Source of the DNA: Hydrurus foetidus
Taxonomy: Eukaryota
DNA length: 64,000 bases
Assembly: GCA_900617105.1 (NCBI GenBank)
Contig: UYFQ01000001.1
Location: 3,224,001-3,288,000 of the forward strand
Direction: 5' to 3'
The notes beneath the pieces were generated by a model. The model did no database searches, was not told the DNA's origin, and was given only the letters and a program-made list of their open reading frames with translations. The position numbers and the translations under genes are program-made. Position 1 is the stretch's first letter; each line of letters begins with the position of its first letter. Positions 31,965-42,500 of the stretch are shown one piece after another.

Positions 31965-34900
31965 ATGAAGTTCATCAACAATACAGGCAATGACCGCGTC
32001 ATCGACTCTATCCGCCCGTGGCTGAAAAATGACTCACGGCTTGACATTGCCTCGGCGCATTACAGTCTGTTTGCATTCGCAGAACTAGCACCTCACGTAT
32101 CGCAGCTGTCCCAAGTCCGCTTGGTTGTTCCGCCCCCTAAAGCCGGTGCAGACGCACTGCAACTCTTGGGGACGAACGCCGACATCGCCTCGCGCAACCA
32201 ATTGCAAAGTCACTGGTTGGCAAAGCAGTTTGCAGAGTGGCTCCGCACCAAAGCCCAAGTGCGCCAGGCCGTCAGCAGTATTCCTCAAGGCACCTTGGTT
32301 CTGCGGGGCAAGGGCGGTATCGCTGAGCGCGCTGTTTTAGGCGCCTTCACCTTTAGCACTGACGGCTTGGGGCTGTCGCCTGGCAATCCGCTCAGCTTGA
32401 TCCAGCAGTCCGATACCGCGCTCGAAGCTGAAAATTTAAGCCAATGGTTTAACCAGCAATGGGCTGCCTTGCAAGACCAGCCCGACGCCAAAGCCGCGCT
32501 TATTGCAAGCGTTGACGCGCTGCATGTGCAGCGTGACCCGACCAGTATTTACAGCCTGATTCTTCATCATCTTTTTGCCGCTAAAGACGATGCGCTGGAC
32601 GAAGATACCATCGTTAAAGCCTCCACAGGCATTCGCAACACTGCGGTGTGGAAAAAGCTCTATAAATTCCAGCGCGACGGCGTGGTGGCTGCGATCGACA
32701 AACTCAATCGATTTGGCGGCTGCATTTTGGCCGACAGCGTGGGCTTGGGTAAAACATTTGAAGCCCTCGCCATCATCAAATACCACGAGCTGCGCAACGA
32801 TCGCGTGCTGGTGCTGGTGCCCAAGCGCCTGCGCGACAACTGGGCGCTGTACAAAGCCAACGACAAACGCAATGGCCTGCAAGCCGACCGCTTTAACTTT
32901 GATGTGCTCAACCACACCGATTTGTCGCGCGATGCGGGCCAGTCGGGTGATATTGATTTGCAGCACGTCAAATGGGGCAACTACGATTTGGTAGTGATTG
33001 ACGAATCCCATAACTTTCGCAATAAAGCCAGTAACAAAGGCCGCGAAACACGCTATGACCGCCTCATGCGCAAGATCATCCGCGAAGGCGTTAAAACCCG
33101 CGTACTGATGCTCTCCGCTACGCCCGTCAACAACCGCTTGAACGACCTTAAAAACCAAATTGCCTTCGTCACTGAAGGCGACGACACGGCTTTGTCTCCA
33201 CACGGCATCGCCAGCATCGACAGCACCACCCGCCGCGCGCAAAAAGCCTTTAACCGCTGGCTAGAGTTGCCGTCAGAAGAAAAAACGCCCGCACTGCTGA
33301 TTGACATGCTGGGCTTTGACTACTTCAGCCTGCTAGACCACCTAACCATTGCCCGGTCGCGTCGCCACATTGAAAAATACTACGGCACAGCAGAAACTGG
33401 CCGCTTCCCAGACCGCTTGCCGCCCATCAACATCAAAGCCGATGTTGACCGTGCGGGCGAGTTCCGTTCTATTCGCGACATTAACCAGGAGATTCGCCGC
33501 CTCAACCTCGCTGCGTACGCGCCACTGCGCTACGTACTGCCGCACAAGCAGGCCGCGTATGACGAAAAGTACAGCACCCAGCTGCGTGGTGGCCAAGGCT
33601 ACTTTCGCCAGGCCGACCGTGAAGAAAGCTTGATCCACCTGCTGCGCGTGAACGTGCTCAAGCGCATGGAAAGCTCGGTGTCCTCCTTCACCCTCACCGT
33701 GCAGCGCCAGTTGCGCGACGTTGAAAGCATTCTGGCCCGCATCGACGCCAAAGCAGCCGAAGTTGATCAGCTGGAAATTGACGACATTGACATTGAAGAC
33801 CCGGCTTATGAGGCCTTGCTGGTGGGCCGCAAAGTCAAAGTGTTGCTTGGCGATGTTGATTTGATACGCTGGCGGCAAGACCTGACGGAAGACCGCAACC
33901 GCTTAGCTACCTTAAGCGCTGCAGCCGGCAGCGTCAGCGCTGCGCGGAACGACAAGCTGCTCAAGCTGCAAGCCTTGATTGCCGATAAATGCCGCAACCC
34001 CTTCAATGCGGGCAACCGCAAAATCATCGTTTTTACCGCCTTTGCCGACACCGCTAAATACCTGTACGCCCAGTTGGCATACTGGGCCAAAGCTGAGCTA
34101 AATGTTGAATCTGCCCTTGTCACCGGTGCAGGCCACAACCAAACAACATTACCCATGCAGCGCAGCTTGGGCAATATATTGACGGCGTTTTCACCCCAGT
34201 CCAAAGAGCGGCCCACCGAGTTAGCCAGCGAAGGCAATATTGACTTGCTGTTTGCCACCGACTGCATCAGCGAAGGGCAAAACCTGCAAGACTGCGACTT
34301 TTTGGTCAACTACGACATCCACTGGAACCCGGTTCGCATCATCCAGCGCTTTGGCCGTATTGACAGGCTGGGCTCGCCCAACAGCGCCATTCAGCTGGTT
34401 AACTTTTGGCCCAACATTGAGCTTGAGGAATACATCAACCTTGAGCAGCGCGTCAGCGGCCGCATGGTGCTGCTTGATATATCTGCCACGGGTGAAGAAA
34501 ACCTAATTGAGCAGCAGTCCGGCGACCCCATGAACGACCTGGCCTACCGTCGCGCCCAGTTGATTCAAATGCAAACCAGCGTGATTGATCTGGAGGATTT
34601 GAGCAACGGCATCGCCATTACCGACCTCACCCTGACCGACTTTCGTATTGACCTGGCTGAATTCAACAAGGCCAATCCAGACGTTTTGCCGCAGTTCCCG
34701 TTAGGCAGCTTTGCCGTTACCACCACGCTGGATGCAGACATTGCCCCCGGCATTATTTTTTGCTTGCGTTCTGTCCGGCCAGACACAGGGCAAGACCCAA
34801 GCTACCCGCTGGCCCCGCATTACTTGGCCCACGTCGGTATTGATGGCACCGTGCTCTTACCCTACCCACAAGCCAAGCGCATCCTCGACCAACTCAAACG

Positions 34901-35195
34901 CCTGGCACTTGGCCGCACCGCGCCCGACGTTGCAGCCCACGCCCAGTTTGACAAGTCAAGCAAGGGCGGCCAAGACATGGCGCATGCCCAGCAACTGTTG
35001 GCTGCTGCTATTGCGTCAATAGCTGGCAAAACCCAAGAGCGCGCCACCGCCAGCCTGTTTAGTCCCGGCGGCACGCATGCCCTTAGAGGTGAGTTTGCTG
35101 GCATGGGGGACTTCGAGGTTGTAGCCTGGCTGGCGGTTCTACCCCCGCAGAGCGACTTCCCAGTTCCCTCTCCCGCTGGGAGAGGGTTAGGGTGA
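31965..35195 (+). CDS. SNF2-like SF2 helicase with a degenerate N-terminal PLD-like domain
   Basis: ILADSVGLGKT, VIDESHN, LSATPVNN, SEGQNLQ and QRFGRIDR. The N-terminus has PLD-like spacing but no HxK motif. Confidence 0.9.
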   Translation: MKFINNTGNDRVIDSIRPWLKNDSRLDIASAHYSLFAFAELAPHVSQLSQVRLVVPPPKAGADALQLLGTNADIASRNQLQSHWLAKQFAEWLRTKAQVRQAVSSIPQGTLVLRGKGGIAERAVLGAFTFSTDGLGLSPGNPLSLIQQSDTALEAENLSQWFNQQWAALQDQPDAKAALIASVDALHVQRDPTSIYSLILHHLFAAKDDALDEDTIVKASTGIRNTAVWKKLYKFQRDGVVAAIDKLNRFGGCILADSVGLGKTFEALAIIKYHELRNDRVLVLVPKRLRDNWALYKANDKRNGLQADRFNFDVLNHTDLSRDAGQSGDIDLQHVKWGNYDLVVIDESHNFRNKASNKGRETRYDRLMRKIIREGVKTRVLMLSATPVNNRLNDLKNQIAFVTEGDDTALSPHGIASIDSTTRRAQKAFNRWLELPSEEKTPALLIDMLGFDYFSLLDHLTIARSRRHIEKYYGTAETGRFPDRLPPINIKADVDRAGEFRSIRDINQEIRRLNLAAYAPLRYVLPHKQAAYDEKYSTQLRGGQGYFRQADREESLIHLLRVNVLKRMESSVSSFTLTVQRQLRDVESILARIDAKAAEVDQLEIDDIDIEDPAYEALLVGRKVKVLLGDVDLIRWRQDLTEDRNRLATLSAAAGSVSAARNDKLLKLQALIADKCRNPFNAGNRKIIVFTAFADTAKYLYAQLAYWAKAELNVESALVTGAGHNQTTLPMQRSLGNILTAFSPQSKERPTELASEGNIDLLFATDCISEGQNLQDCDFLVNYDIHWNPVRIIQRFGRIDRLGSPNSAIQLVNFWPNIELEEYINLEQRVSGRMVLLDISATGEENLIEQQSGDPMNDLAYRRAQLIQMQTSVIDLEDLSNGIAITDLTLTDFRIDLAEFNKANPDVLPQFPLGSFAVTTTLDADIAPGIIFCLRSVRPDTGQDPSYPLAPHYLAHVGIDGTVLLPYPQAKRILDQLKRLALGRTAPDVAAHAQFDKSSKGGQDMAHAQQLLAAAIASIAGKTQERATASLFSPGGTHALRGEFAGMGDFEVVAWLAVLPPQSDFPVPSPAGRGLG

Positions 35196-35276
35196 GGGCC
35201 AGCGGCTCAGGCCAGCGGGCAGGTCTGCGCCCACATCGCACGCCCTCACCCCTGCCCTCTTCCAGCGGGAGAGGGA
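35165..35276. repeat. REP-like paired inverted repeat (CCCTCTCCC...GGGAGAGGG type)
   Basis: 35-bp arms at 35165-35199 and 35242-35276, 31/35 complementary; each arm has its own hairpin. Confidence 0.85.
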
Positions 35277-35292
35277 GCAACCTTCCGGGGGA

Positions 35293-36204
35293 GTGAGCCA
35301 AGCCATGACTGCCGCCAACCCGTTCAATCTAGCCCCCGCGTTAGTACAAGGCCTCGCGCTACCCGCCAGCGCCTACGTGGGCCAGCGCATTGCTAAAGCC
35401 CTGCTGATAGAGCAAATAGCCAACCTGCCCGGTACCACCCCCGCTGACAAGAGGGTCGTCAATGATTTGCTGGCCGAGCTGCATTGGCTAGCCGCCCTCA
35501 AGCCCGCTACCTGCGGCCTGGCGGTGTGGCAAACGGGCACGCATGACTACCTGGAGATTGCTGTGTTGCACGCGGTTCTGCGCCACAACTCTTCCAAGCC
35601 GTCCAAACCCACTTTAAGCAGCAGCACACAACTCACCCGGCTCATCGAACTCATTCACCGCACCATTCCCTACCCGGTTGTCCTCATCGTTAGCCAGCCC
35701 AGCGCGCTGGACGGGGCTATCAGCGGGACTGACGGCGGCACTGAACAACTCAGCCTGGCCCACAAGCGCCTCAGTCTGGGCACAGGCAGCGCCATGGTGT
35801 TAGAGCACACTGCCACTACACAACCTATTACTACTAAAATAATAGCTGCTTGCGCCCGTATAACGGGCGCTACAGCCCAATTTGTTCACTATTTAGCCTT
35901 CAATCGTGCCCCTGGCTTGCCGCCGCTTCAGCTCAACGACCTTCACACCCGCTACAGCGACTGGCTGCACGCCATTGAAGCGCTGGCCGCAGCCGAACAC
36001 ACCGGGCAGTTCAAAGTCAGCGCCACGGCGCCTGAGGCCGCCCGCCGCCGCAGCGCCCTGGCCACTTACGACCAGCTGGGCCAGCAGCTCGCCAGCCTGC
36101 GCGCCCAAGCCAGCAAAGAAAGCCAGCTTGGCCAGCGCGCCGCCCTCAATCTCAAAATTACCCAGCTCATGGCCGAACGCCAAGCTTTGCTAAGCCGCCT
36201 GTAA
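35293..36204 (+). CDS. DUF4391-family protein
   Basis: ELIHRTIPYPVVL, LSLAHKR and the C-terminal coiled coil KESQLGQRAALN; typical position between helicase and mod. Confidence 0.8.
   Translation: MSQAMTAANPFNLAPALVQGLALPASAYVGQRIAKALLIEQIANLPGTTPADKRVVNDLLAELHWLAALKPATCGLAVWQTGTHDYLEIAVLHAVLRHNSSKPSKPTLSSSTQLTRLIELIHRTIPYPVVLIVSQPSALDGAISGTDGGTEQLSLAHKRLSLGTGSAMVLEHTATTQPITTKIIAACARITGATAQFVHYLAFNRAPGLPPLQLNDLHTRYSDWLHAIEALAAAEHTGQFKVSATAPEAARRRSALATYDQLGQQLASLRAQASKESQLGQRAALNLKITQLMAERQALLSRL
35830..35872 (-). repeat. 43-bp dispersed motif, copy 6 (inside the DUF4391 gene)
   Basis: Reverse complement TAGCGCCCGTTATACGGGCGCAAGCAGCTATTATTTTAGTAGT; encodes [14 protein letters not shown]. Confidence 0.85.
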
Positions 36205-36218
36205 AACATAATCTGACC

Positions 36219-38303
36219 ATGACGCCCCAAGCCATGCCGACCATGCCCACCACCCCCACACCGGAAGCCATCGTGCCACCGCTAGACGCAGCCGACACCC
36301 AAAGCGCCAACATCATTGACGGCAATCTGGCCCAGCTCAAAACCATCTTCCCCGAGGCGTTTAAAGAAGGCGGCGTTGACTTTGAGGTGCTCAAGCAACT
36401 GCTGGGCGGGCAGGTTGATGAGCGTGAAGAAAAGTACGGCCTGAACTGGCACGGCAAGCGCCGCGCCCGGCAAATTGCGCTGACCCTTTCTACTGGCACC
36501 CTGCGCCCCTGCCCGGGTGAGAGTGTCGACTGGGACACCACCCAAAACCTGATGATCGAGGGCGACAACCTGGAGGTGCTGAAGCTGCTGCAAAAAAGCT
36601 ACGCCGGCAAAGTCAAGATGATCTACATCGACCCGCCCTACAACACCGGCAAAGACTTTGTTTACCCCGACAACTTTACCGACAACATCAAAAACTACCT
36701 GGAGCTGACCGGCCAGACGGACGGCGAAGGCCGCAAGCTAAGCAGCAACACCGAGGCCAGCGGGCGCTTTCACACCGACTGGCTGAACATGATGTATCCG
36801 AGGTTGAAGTTAGCGCGGAATTTATTGCGGGAGGATGGGGTTATTTTTGTGAGTCTGGATGACGGTGAAATCGACAACCTACGACAAATTGCTAAAGAGA
36901 TTTTCGGAGCAGAAAACTTTGTTGCGCAAATCTTGTGGAAGAAAAGAAGTACGCCGCCGAATGACAAAATAATTGGTGCGAATCACGATTACATTGCCAT
37001 GCTCTGTAAAAACAGTGACTTGGTAAAACTCAATCTTAAAAAGCGAACACTAGACCAGCTGGAACGCTATAAAAACCCAGATAAGCACGTAAAAGGGCCT
37101 TGGGCGCCCGGCGATTTGATGGCAAACATCAAAGGTGGTCGATACGTTGAGTCGTTAAATTTTCCGATTACGAACCCGCGAACTGGCGTTAAACACTTGC
37201 CGTCAGAGACAGAGCGGGGGAATTGGCGTTTCGCGAAAGACACAATTGAAAAACTTATTTCGCAAAACGAAATTTTCTTTGGTGAGGACGACAAAGGCAG
37301 ACCAAAACTGAAGCGGTTTTTAAGTGATGTTAAAGAAGGCGTTACTTACGCCACTATTTGGGATTTCGTCCCGTTCAATACAGACGGGTCAGCAGAAATG
37401 CAGGGCTTGTTCGGAAATTCGACGCTTTTTGAAAGCCCCAAGCCGGTTGGGCTTCTTGAGGAGCTTCTTCGGCTCGGCTCTGAAAAAGACGATCTAGTAG
37501 TCGATTTTTTTGGTGGCTCGGGTACCACCGGTCACGCAGTAATGTCCCAAAACCTACTGGACGCGGGACAGCGCAAGTTCATACTTGTTCAGTTACCTGA
37601 ATTCCTTGAAATTACCAAGGCCGAACAGGAAACTGCAGCAAAGTTCTGCGACAAACTCGGCAAACCCCGCAACATCGCCGAACTCACCAAAGAGCGACTA
37701 CGCCGCGCCGCTACAAAAATAGGAGCTGCTAACGCACATAAAGATTCGGCTACAGCCCAATTAAGCCTTGAAAACGAGCCTGAAACACCCAAAAAGCCGC
37801 TCGACCTGGGCTTCAAGGTCTTCAAGCTCGACACGTCCAACATCCGCGCCTGGAACCCCAACCCCGACGAGCTGGCCGATACGCTGATGGCGCACACCGA
37901 GCACCTGGCCACGGGCCGCACTGAGGCGGATGTGCTGTATGAAGTGCTGCTCAAACAGGGGCTGGACCTGGCCTTGCCGGTGCAGCGCCAAGTGATTGCC
38001 GGGCACACGGTACACAGCGTGGGCGCTGGGGCGCTGCTGGTGTGTTTGGCGCGGGACGGTGACGAAAAAGGTGCGATGGCTGAATCAAGCGTCACCGCCG
38101 CCAACGCCGAGGCGCTGGCGTTGGGCATAGCCGACTGGCACACCCAGCTGGCCGCAGCCCTGGGCCAAACCCCCGCCGAGCTGCAAACCCGCGTGGTGCT
38201 GCGCGACAGCTTGTTCGGCCCGGCTGACGAGGCAGACGTCGCCAAAACCAACCTGACCGCCATCCTGCGCCAGCGTGGGCTGGAGGATGTGCGGAGCTTG
38301 TGA
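36219..38303 (+). CDS. mod: Type III restriction-modification DNA methyltransferase (Mod)
   Basis: IEGDNLEVLK, motif IV IYIDPPYN, WLNMMYPRL and motif I DFFGGSGTTG (beta order). Confidence 0.95.
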   Translation: MTPQAMPTMPTTPTPEAIVPPLDAADTQSANIIDGNLAQLKTIFPEAFKEGGVDFEVLKQLLGGQVDEREEKYGLNWHGKRRARQIALTLSTGTLRPCPGESVDWDTTQNLMIEGDNLEVLKLLQKSYAGKVKMIYIDPPYNTGKDFVYPDNFTDNIKNYLELTGQTDGEGRKLSSNTEASGRFHTDWLNMMYPRLKLARNLLREDGVIFVSLDDGEIDNLRQIAKEIFGAENFVAQILWKKRSTPPNDKIIGANHDYIAMLCKNSDLVKLNLKKRTLDQLERYKNPDKHVKGPWAPGDLMANIKGGRYVESLNFPITNPRTGVKHLPSETERGNWRFAKDTIEKLISQNEIFFGEDDKGRPKLKRFLSDVKEGVTYATIWDFVPFNTDGSAEMQGLFGNSTLFESPKPVGLLEELLRLGSEKDDLVVDFFGGSGTTGHAVMSQNLLDAGQRKFILVQLPEFLEITKAEQETAAKFCDKLGKPRNIAELTKERLRRAATKIGAANAHKDSATAQLSLENEPETPKKPLDLGFKVFKLDTSNIRAWNPNPDELADTLMAHTEHLATGRTEADVLYEVLLKQGLDLALPVQRQVIAGHTVHSVGAGALLVCLARDGDEKGAMAESSVTAANAEALALGIADWHTQLAAALGQTPAELQTRVVLRDSLFGPADEADVAKTNLTAILRQRGLEDVRSL
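37710..37752 (-). repeat. 43-bp dispersed motif, copy 7 (inside mod)
   Basis: Reverse complement TAGCCGAATCTTTATGTGCGTTAGCAGCTCCTATTTTTGTAGC; encodes ATKIGAANAHKDSA. More diverged than the other copies. Confidence 0.7.
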
Positions 38304-39328
38304 TGGGTGAATTTCTAATTTTTCAAAGTGACGACGGGCGCACTCGGCTGGACGTGACGCTGGATGGCGAAACCCTGTGGCTCAGCCAAAAGCAGCTTGC
38401 TGAGTTATTCGGCAAAGCAAAAGGGACGGTTAGCGAGCACATCAAACACATTTATGAGGAAGGCGAGCTTGCGCCCGAGGCAACTGTTCGGCTATTCCGA
38501 ACAGTTCAATCTGAGGGCGGCCGAAATGTAGAGCGTGATGTAGAGCACTACAACTTGGACATGGTGCTGGCGGTGGGCTACCGCGTGCGGTCAGCGCGCG
38601 GCACGCAGTTCAGGCGCTGGGCTACTGAGCGGCTGGGTGAATACTTGCTCAAGGGCTTCACCATGGACGACGAGCGGCTTAAAAACCCGCCTGTGGCAGG
38701 CAACGCGGCACCTGATTACTTCGCGCAAATGCTTGACCGTGTGCGTGACATACGTGCCAGCGAGCGCCGCATGTACCTGCGGGTGCGTGAGATTTTTACC
38801 CTGGCGGCGGACTATGAGCCGAGCTTGCCAGAGACCACCGCGTTTTTTCGGGTGATTCAAAACAAACTGCACTTTGCAGTGACTGGCCAAACGGCGGCAG
38901 AACTTATCACTGCCCGGGTAGACGCAACGCAGCCCAACATGGGGCTGTCAAGCTGGAAAGGGCAGTGGCTGAACAAAGCGGACGTAACGGTAGCTAAAAA
39001 TTATCTGAACGAAGCAGAAGTCACTGAGCTGAACCGCATCGTCACCATGTGGCTGGACTTTGCAGAAGACCAGGCGCTGCGACGCAAGCAGGTGTTTTTA
39101 GCGCACTGGAACGAGCGACTTGATGCGTTTTTATCGTTTAACGACCGCAACGTGTTGGACAACGCTGGCGCTGTGAGCCATAAAGTAGCGCTGGCAAAAG
39201 CGCATGCCGAATACGATAAATTTGCCGAACAACGCCGCGTACAGCTTGAAAATGCAGTGGACGGCACATCGATTGAGTCGCTGGTGCAAACCACAAAGCT
39301 GCTTTCAAAACCGAAGCCCGCTAAATGA
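38303..39328 (+). CDS. RhuM (Virulence_RhuM) family putative DNA-binding protein
   Basis: ETLWLSQKQLAELF, YNLDMVLAVGYRVRS, IRASERR, QNKLHFA and AKNYL; TGATG overlap with mod. Confidence 0.9.
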   Translation: MGEFLIFQSDDGRTRLDVTLDGETLWLSQKQLAELFGKAKGTVSEHIKHIYEEGELAPEATVRLFRTVQSEGGRNVERDVEHYNLDMVLAVGYRVRSARGTQFRRWATERLGEYLLKGFTMDDERLKNPPVAGNAAPDYFAQMLDRVRDIRASERRMYLRVREIFTLAADYEPSLPETTAFFRVIQNKLHFAVTGQTAAELITARVDATQPNMGLSSWKGQWLNKADVTVAKNYLNEAEVTELNRIVTMWLDFAEDQALRRKQVFLAHWNERLDAFLSFNDRNVLDNAGAVSHKVALAKAHAEYDKFAEQRRVQLENAVDGTSIESLVQTTKLLSKPKPAK

Positions 39329-39464
39329 ACAGCCAACCGTTTCCATTTTGGAAAGCGTTCACGCCCCAAAGGCACCCTATTTGGAAGTTGTTGGCCTCCA
39401 AAAGCATTGCTAAACAGAGTTAAGTTCGCTAATTTTAGCAATGCCTAGCAATGCAAAATCAACC

Positions 39465-39477
39465 TAAGTTATTGATT
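39465..39477 (-). promoter_or_regulatory. IHF consensus site in the AT-rich rhuM-res spacer
   Basis: Reverse complement AATCAATAACTTA matches WATCAANNNNTTR. Confidence 0.45.
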
Positions 39478-39538
39478 TGATTGATTAATATTTATCTTTT
39501 TTAGTTTTAGTTAGACATCCCGTTAGCAAAGAAACCGC

Positions 39539-42500
39539 ATGAACCTTCAGTTTGAACACAACCTGGACTACCAGCGCGCCGCGATTGATGCGGTGTGCGG
39601 CCTCTTCATGGGCCAAGAGCTGTGCCGCACTGAATTCACTGTGAGCCACAACGCGCCGGGGTATGGCCAAACTTTGGGGCAAAACCTGGACTTTGCCGGG
39701 CAGGTAGTGCAGCAGCAAATGGGCTTGGGGCTGGCTGAAAGCGAGCTGGGCATTGGCAACCGGCTTAGCCTGCTGGACGATGATTTGCTGAAAAACCTGA
39801 ACGCCGTGCAATTGCGTAACGGCTTGGCGCTGTCGCCCACGTTGGAGTCAGGCGACTTTACCGTGGAGATGGAAACTGGCACGGGCAAAACCTATGTGTA
39901 CCTGCGCACGCTGTTTGAGCTGAACCAGAAGTTTGGCTTTACCAAGTTTGTGATTGTGGTGCCGTCGGTGGCCATCAAAGAAGGCGTGTACAAAAGCCTG
40001 CAAATCATGGCGCCGCACTTTAAAACGCTGTATGCGGGCGTGCCTTTTGATTACTTTTTATATGACTCTGCCAAACCCGGCCCAGTGCGTAACTTTGCCA
40101 CCAGCCCGCACATGCAGATCATGGTGGTCACAGTGGGTGCCATTAATAAAAAAGACGTCAACAACCTGTACAAAGAAAGCGAGAAAACTGGCGGTGAAAA
40201 ACCCATTGACCTGATACGTGCCACCCGCCCGATTGTGGTGGTGGACGAGCCGCAAAGCGTGGACGGCGGCCTGGAGGGTAGCGGTAAAAAAGCGCTGGAG
40301 GCGATGAACCCGCTGTGTACCCTGCGCTATTCGGCCACGCACGCCACCAAGCACCACATGGTCTACAAGCTGGACGCGGTGGACGCGTATGAGCGGCAGC
40401 TGGTCAAGCAGATTGAGGTAGCGAGCCTTGACGTCGAGGGTGGGCACAACCTGCCGTATGTCAAGCTGCTGGGCGTGGGCTTTGAGGCAAAAAAACCCAT
40501 TGCTGAAATAGAACTGGATGTGCAGTCCAAAACTGGCAGCATCAAACGAACAGCTAAAAAAGTGCGGGTTGACGATGACCTGGAACAAGTGACCAAAAAT
40601 GCCATGTATGCCAACTACGTGGTGGGCGAGTTCAGTGCAAAAACAGGTGCGCAGTATCTGGATTTGAGATTCCCCGGTGGCGAAGAGCAACTAACCGTTG
40701 GCCAGGCAGTGGGCGATGTGGACGACGACGCCATCAAACGCATGATGATCAAGCGCACCATACGTGAGCACCTGGACAAAGAGCTGCGGTTGCGGCCCAA
40801 GGGCATCAAGGTGTTGAGCCTGTTTTTCATCGACACCGTGGCCAACTACCGCCAATACAGCGCCGATGGTGTTGCCGCGCAGGGCAAGTTTGCGCGCATG
40901 TTCGAGGAGGAGTACACGGCCTATGCCAAATCAAACAAATACAAAAGCCTGTTTAAAGAAGTAGATTTAACTGCACCCGCCAGTGGCGTACACGACGGCT
41001 ACTTTTCAATCGACAAAAAAGGCGGCTGGACAGACACAGGCGAGAGCAACCAAACCGGCCGCGACAGCGCCGAGCGAGCCTACAACCTGATCATGAAAGA
41101 CAAAGAGCGGCTGCTGAGCTTTGACACGCCGCTTAAATTTATCTTCTCGCACTCGGCCCTGCGTGAGGGCTGGGACAACCCCAATGTGTTCCAGATATGC
41201 AACCTGCGGGAGATCAACACCGAGCGCGAACGCCGCCAAACCATTGGCCGGGGCTTGCGCCTGTGCGTAGACCAAACTGGCCAGCGCCTGCGCGGCTTTG
41301 AGGTCAACACACTGACCGTGATTGCCAATGAAAGCTACGAAGACTTTGCCGACAAACTGCAAAAAGAGATGGAGGCCGAGACCGGCATACGCTTTGGTGT
41401 GGTGGAAGGCCACGCATTTGCACAGTTGGCCGTGGCTGGCGCGGATGGTGACGCTGATGTGCTGGGTGCAGAGCGCTCTGAAGCCATCGCCCAGCATTTG
41501 AAATCTTTGGGCTTGATCAATGCGGCTGGCAAGGTGCAAGACAGCTTGCGCCAGGCTTTGAGAGACAACACCGTACCGATTCCACCTGAGTTGGAAGCGT
41601 GGAAGGCTCAGATCATTGAGCGTCTGCGCAAGCTGGCGGGCAAACTGGACATTAAGAACGCGGACGATAAAAAAGTCATTCCTCTGCGCCGTGAGGTCTA
41701 TTTAAGCCCCGACTTCAAGGCGCTGTGGGACTGCATCAAGCACCGTACCACTTACCGCGTGGCTTTTGACAATGCCAAGCTGCTTGATACCTGCGCCCGT
41801 GCCTTGCAAGAAGCGCCCAGAGTCACGCCTACACGGGCGCGCTTTCGCAAGGCTGATTTGTCAATTGGGCGTGGTGGTGTGGATGCAGTGGGTACCAGCG
41901 ACTCGGTGCATGAAACCTTGGCTGAGACGATTCCCCTGCCTGACTTGCTGACCGAGCTACAAGACCGCACCCAGCTCACACGCCGCAGCCTGGTTGATGT
42001 TCTGCAACGCAGCGGGCGGTTAGACGACTTCAAAATCAACCCGCAGCAGTTCATTGACTTGGCGGCCACTTACATCAACCGCTATAAGCAACATGCGATT
42101 GTTGATGGCATTCGGTATACCCGTTTAGGCGACAACCATGTTTGGGCGCAAGAGCTGTTTGAAACGACTGAATTGTTGGGCTACTTAAACACCTTACAAA
42201 CCGAAAAGTCGGTGTACGAGAGCGTGCTGTATGACTCAGATATTGAGCGTACTTTTGCCGATGCACTTGAGAAGAACGACTCGGTCAAGTTGTATGTGAA
42301 ATTGCCAAGCTGGTTCAAAATCCCCACGCCGTTGGGTAGCTACAACCCAGACTGGGCGGTGGTAGTTGACCATGGCGGCGAAGACAAACTGTACTTTGTT
42401 GTGGAAACCAAAGGCAGCATGATGGCCCTGGATTTACGCACTGGCGAGTCGGACAAGATCGACTGCGGCGCTAAACATTTTGATGCATTGGCAGCAGGCG

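Noticed and set aside
36219..36270. Possible phase-variable repeat tract at the mod 5' end (CCATGCC / CCCACC runs)
   Set aside because: Only two or three imperfect units in a Pro/Thr/Met-rich leader; no true simple-sequence tract.
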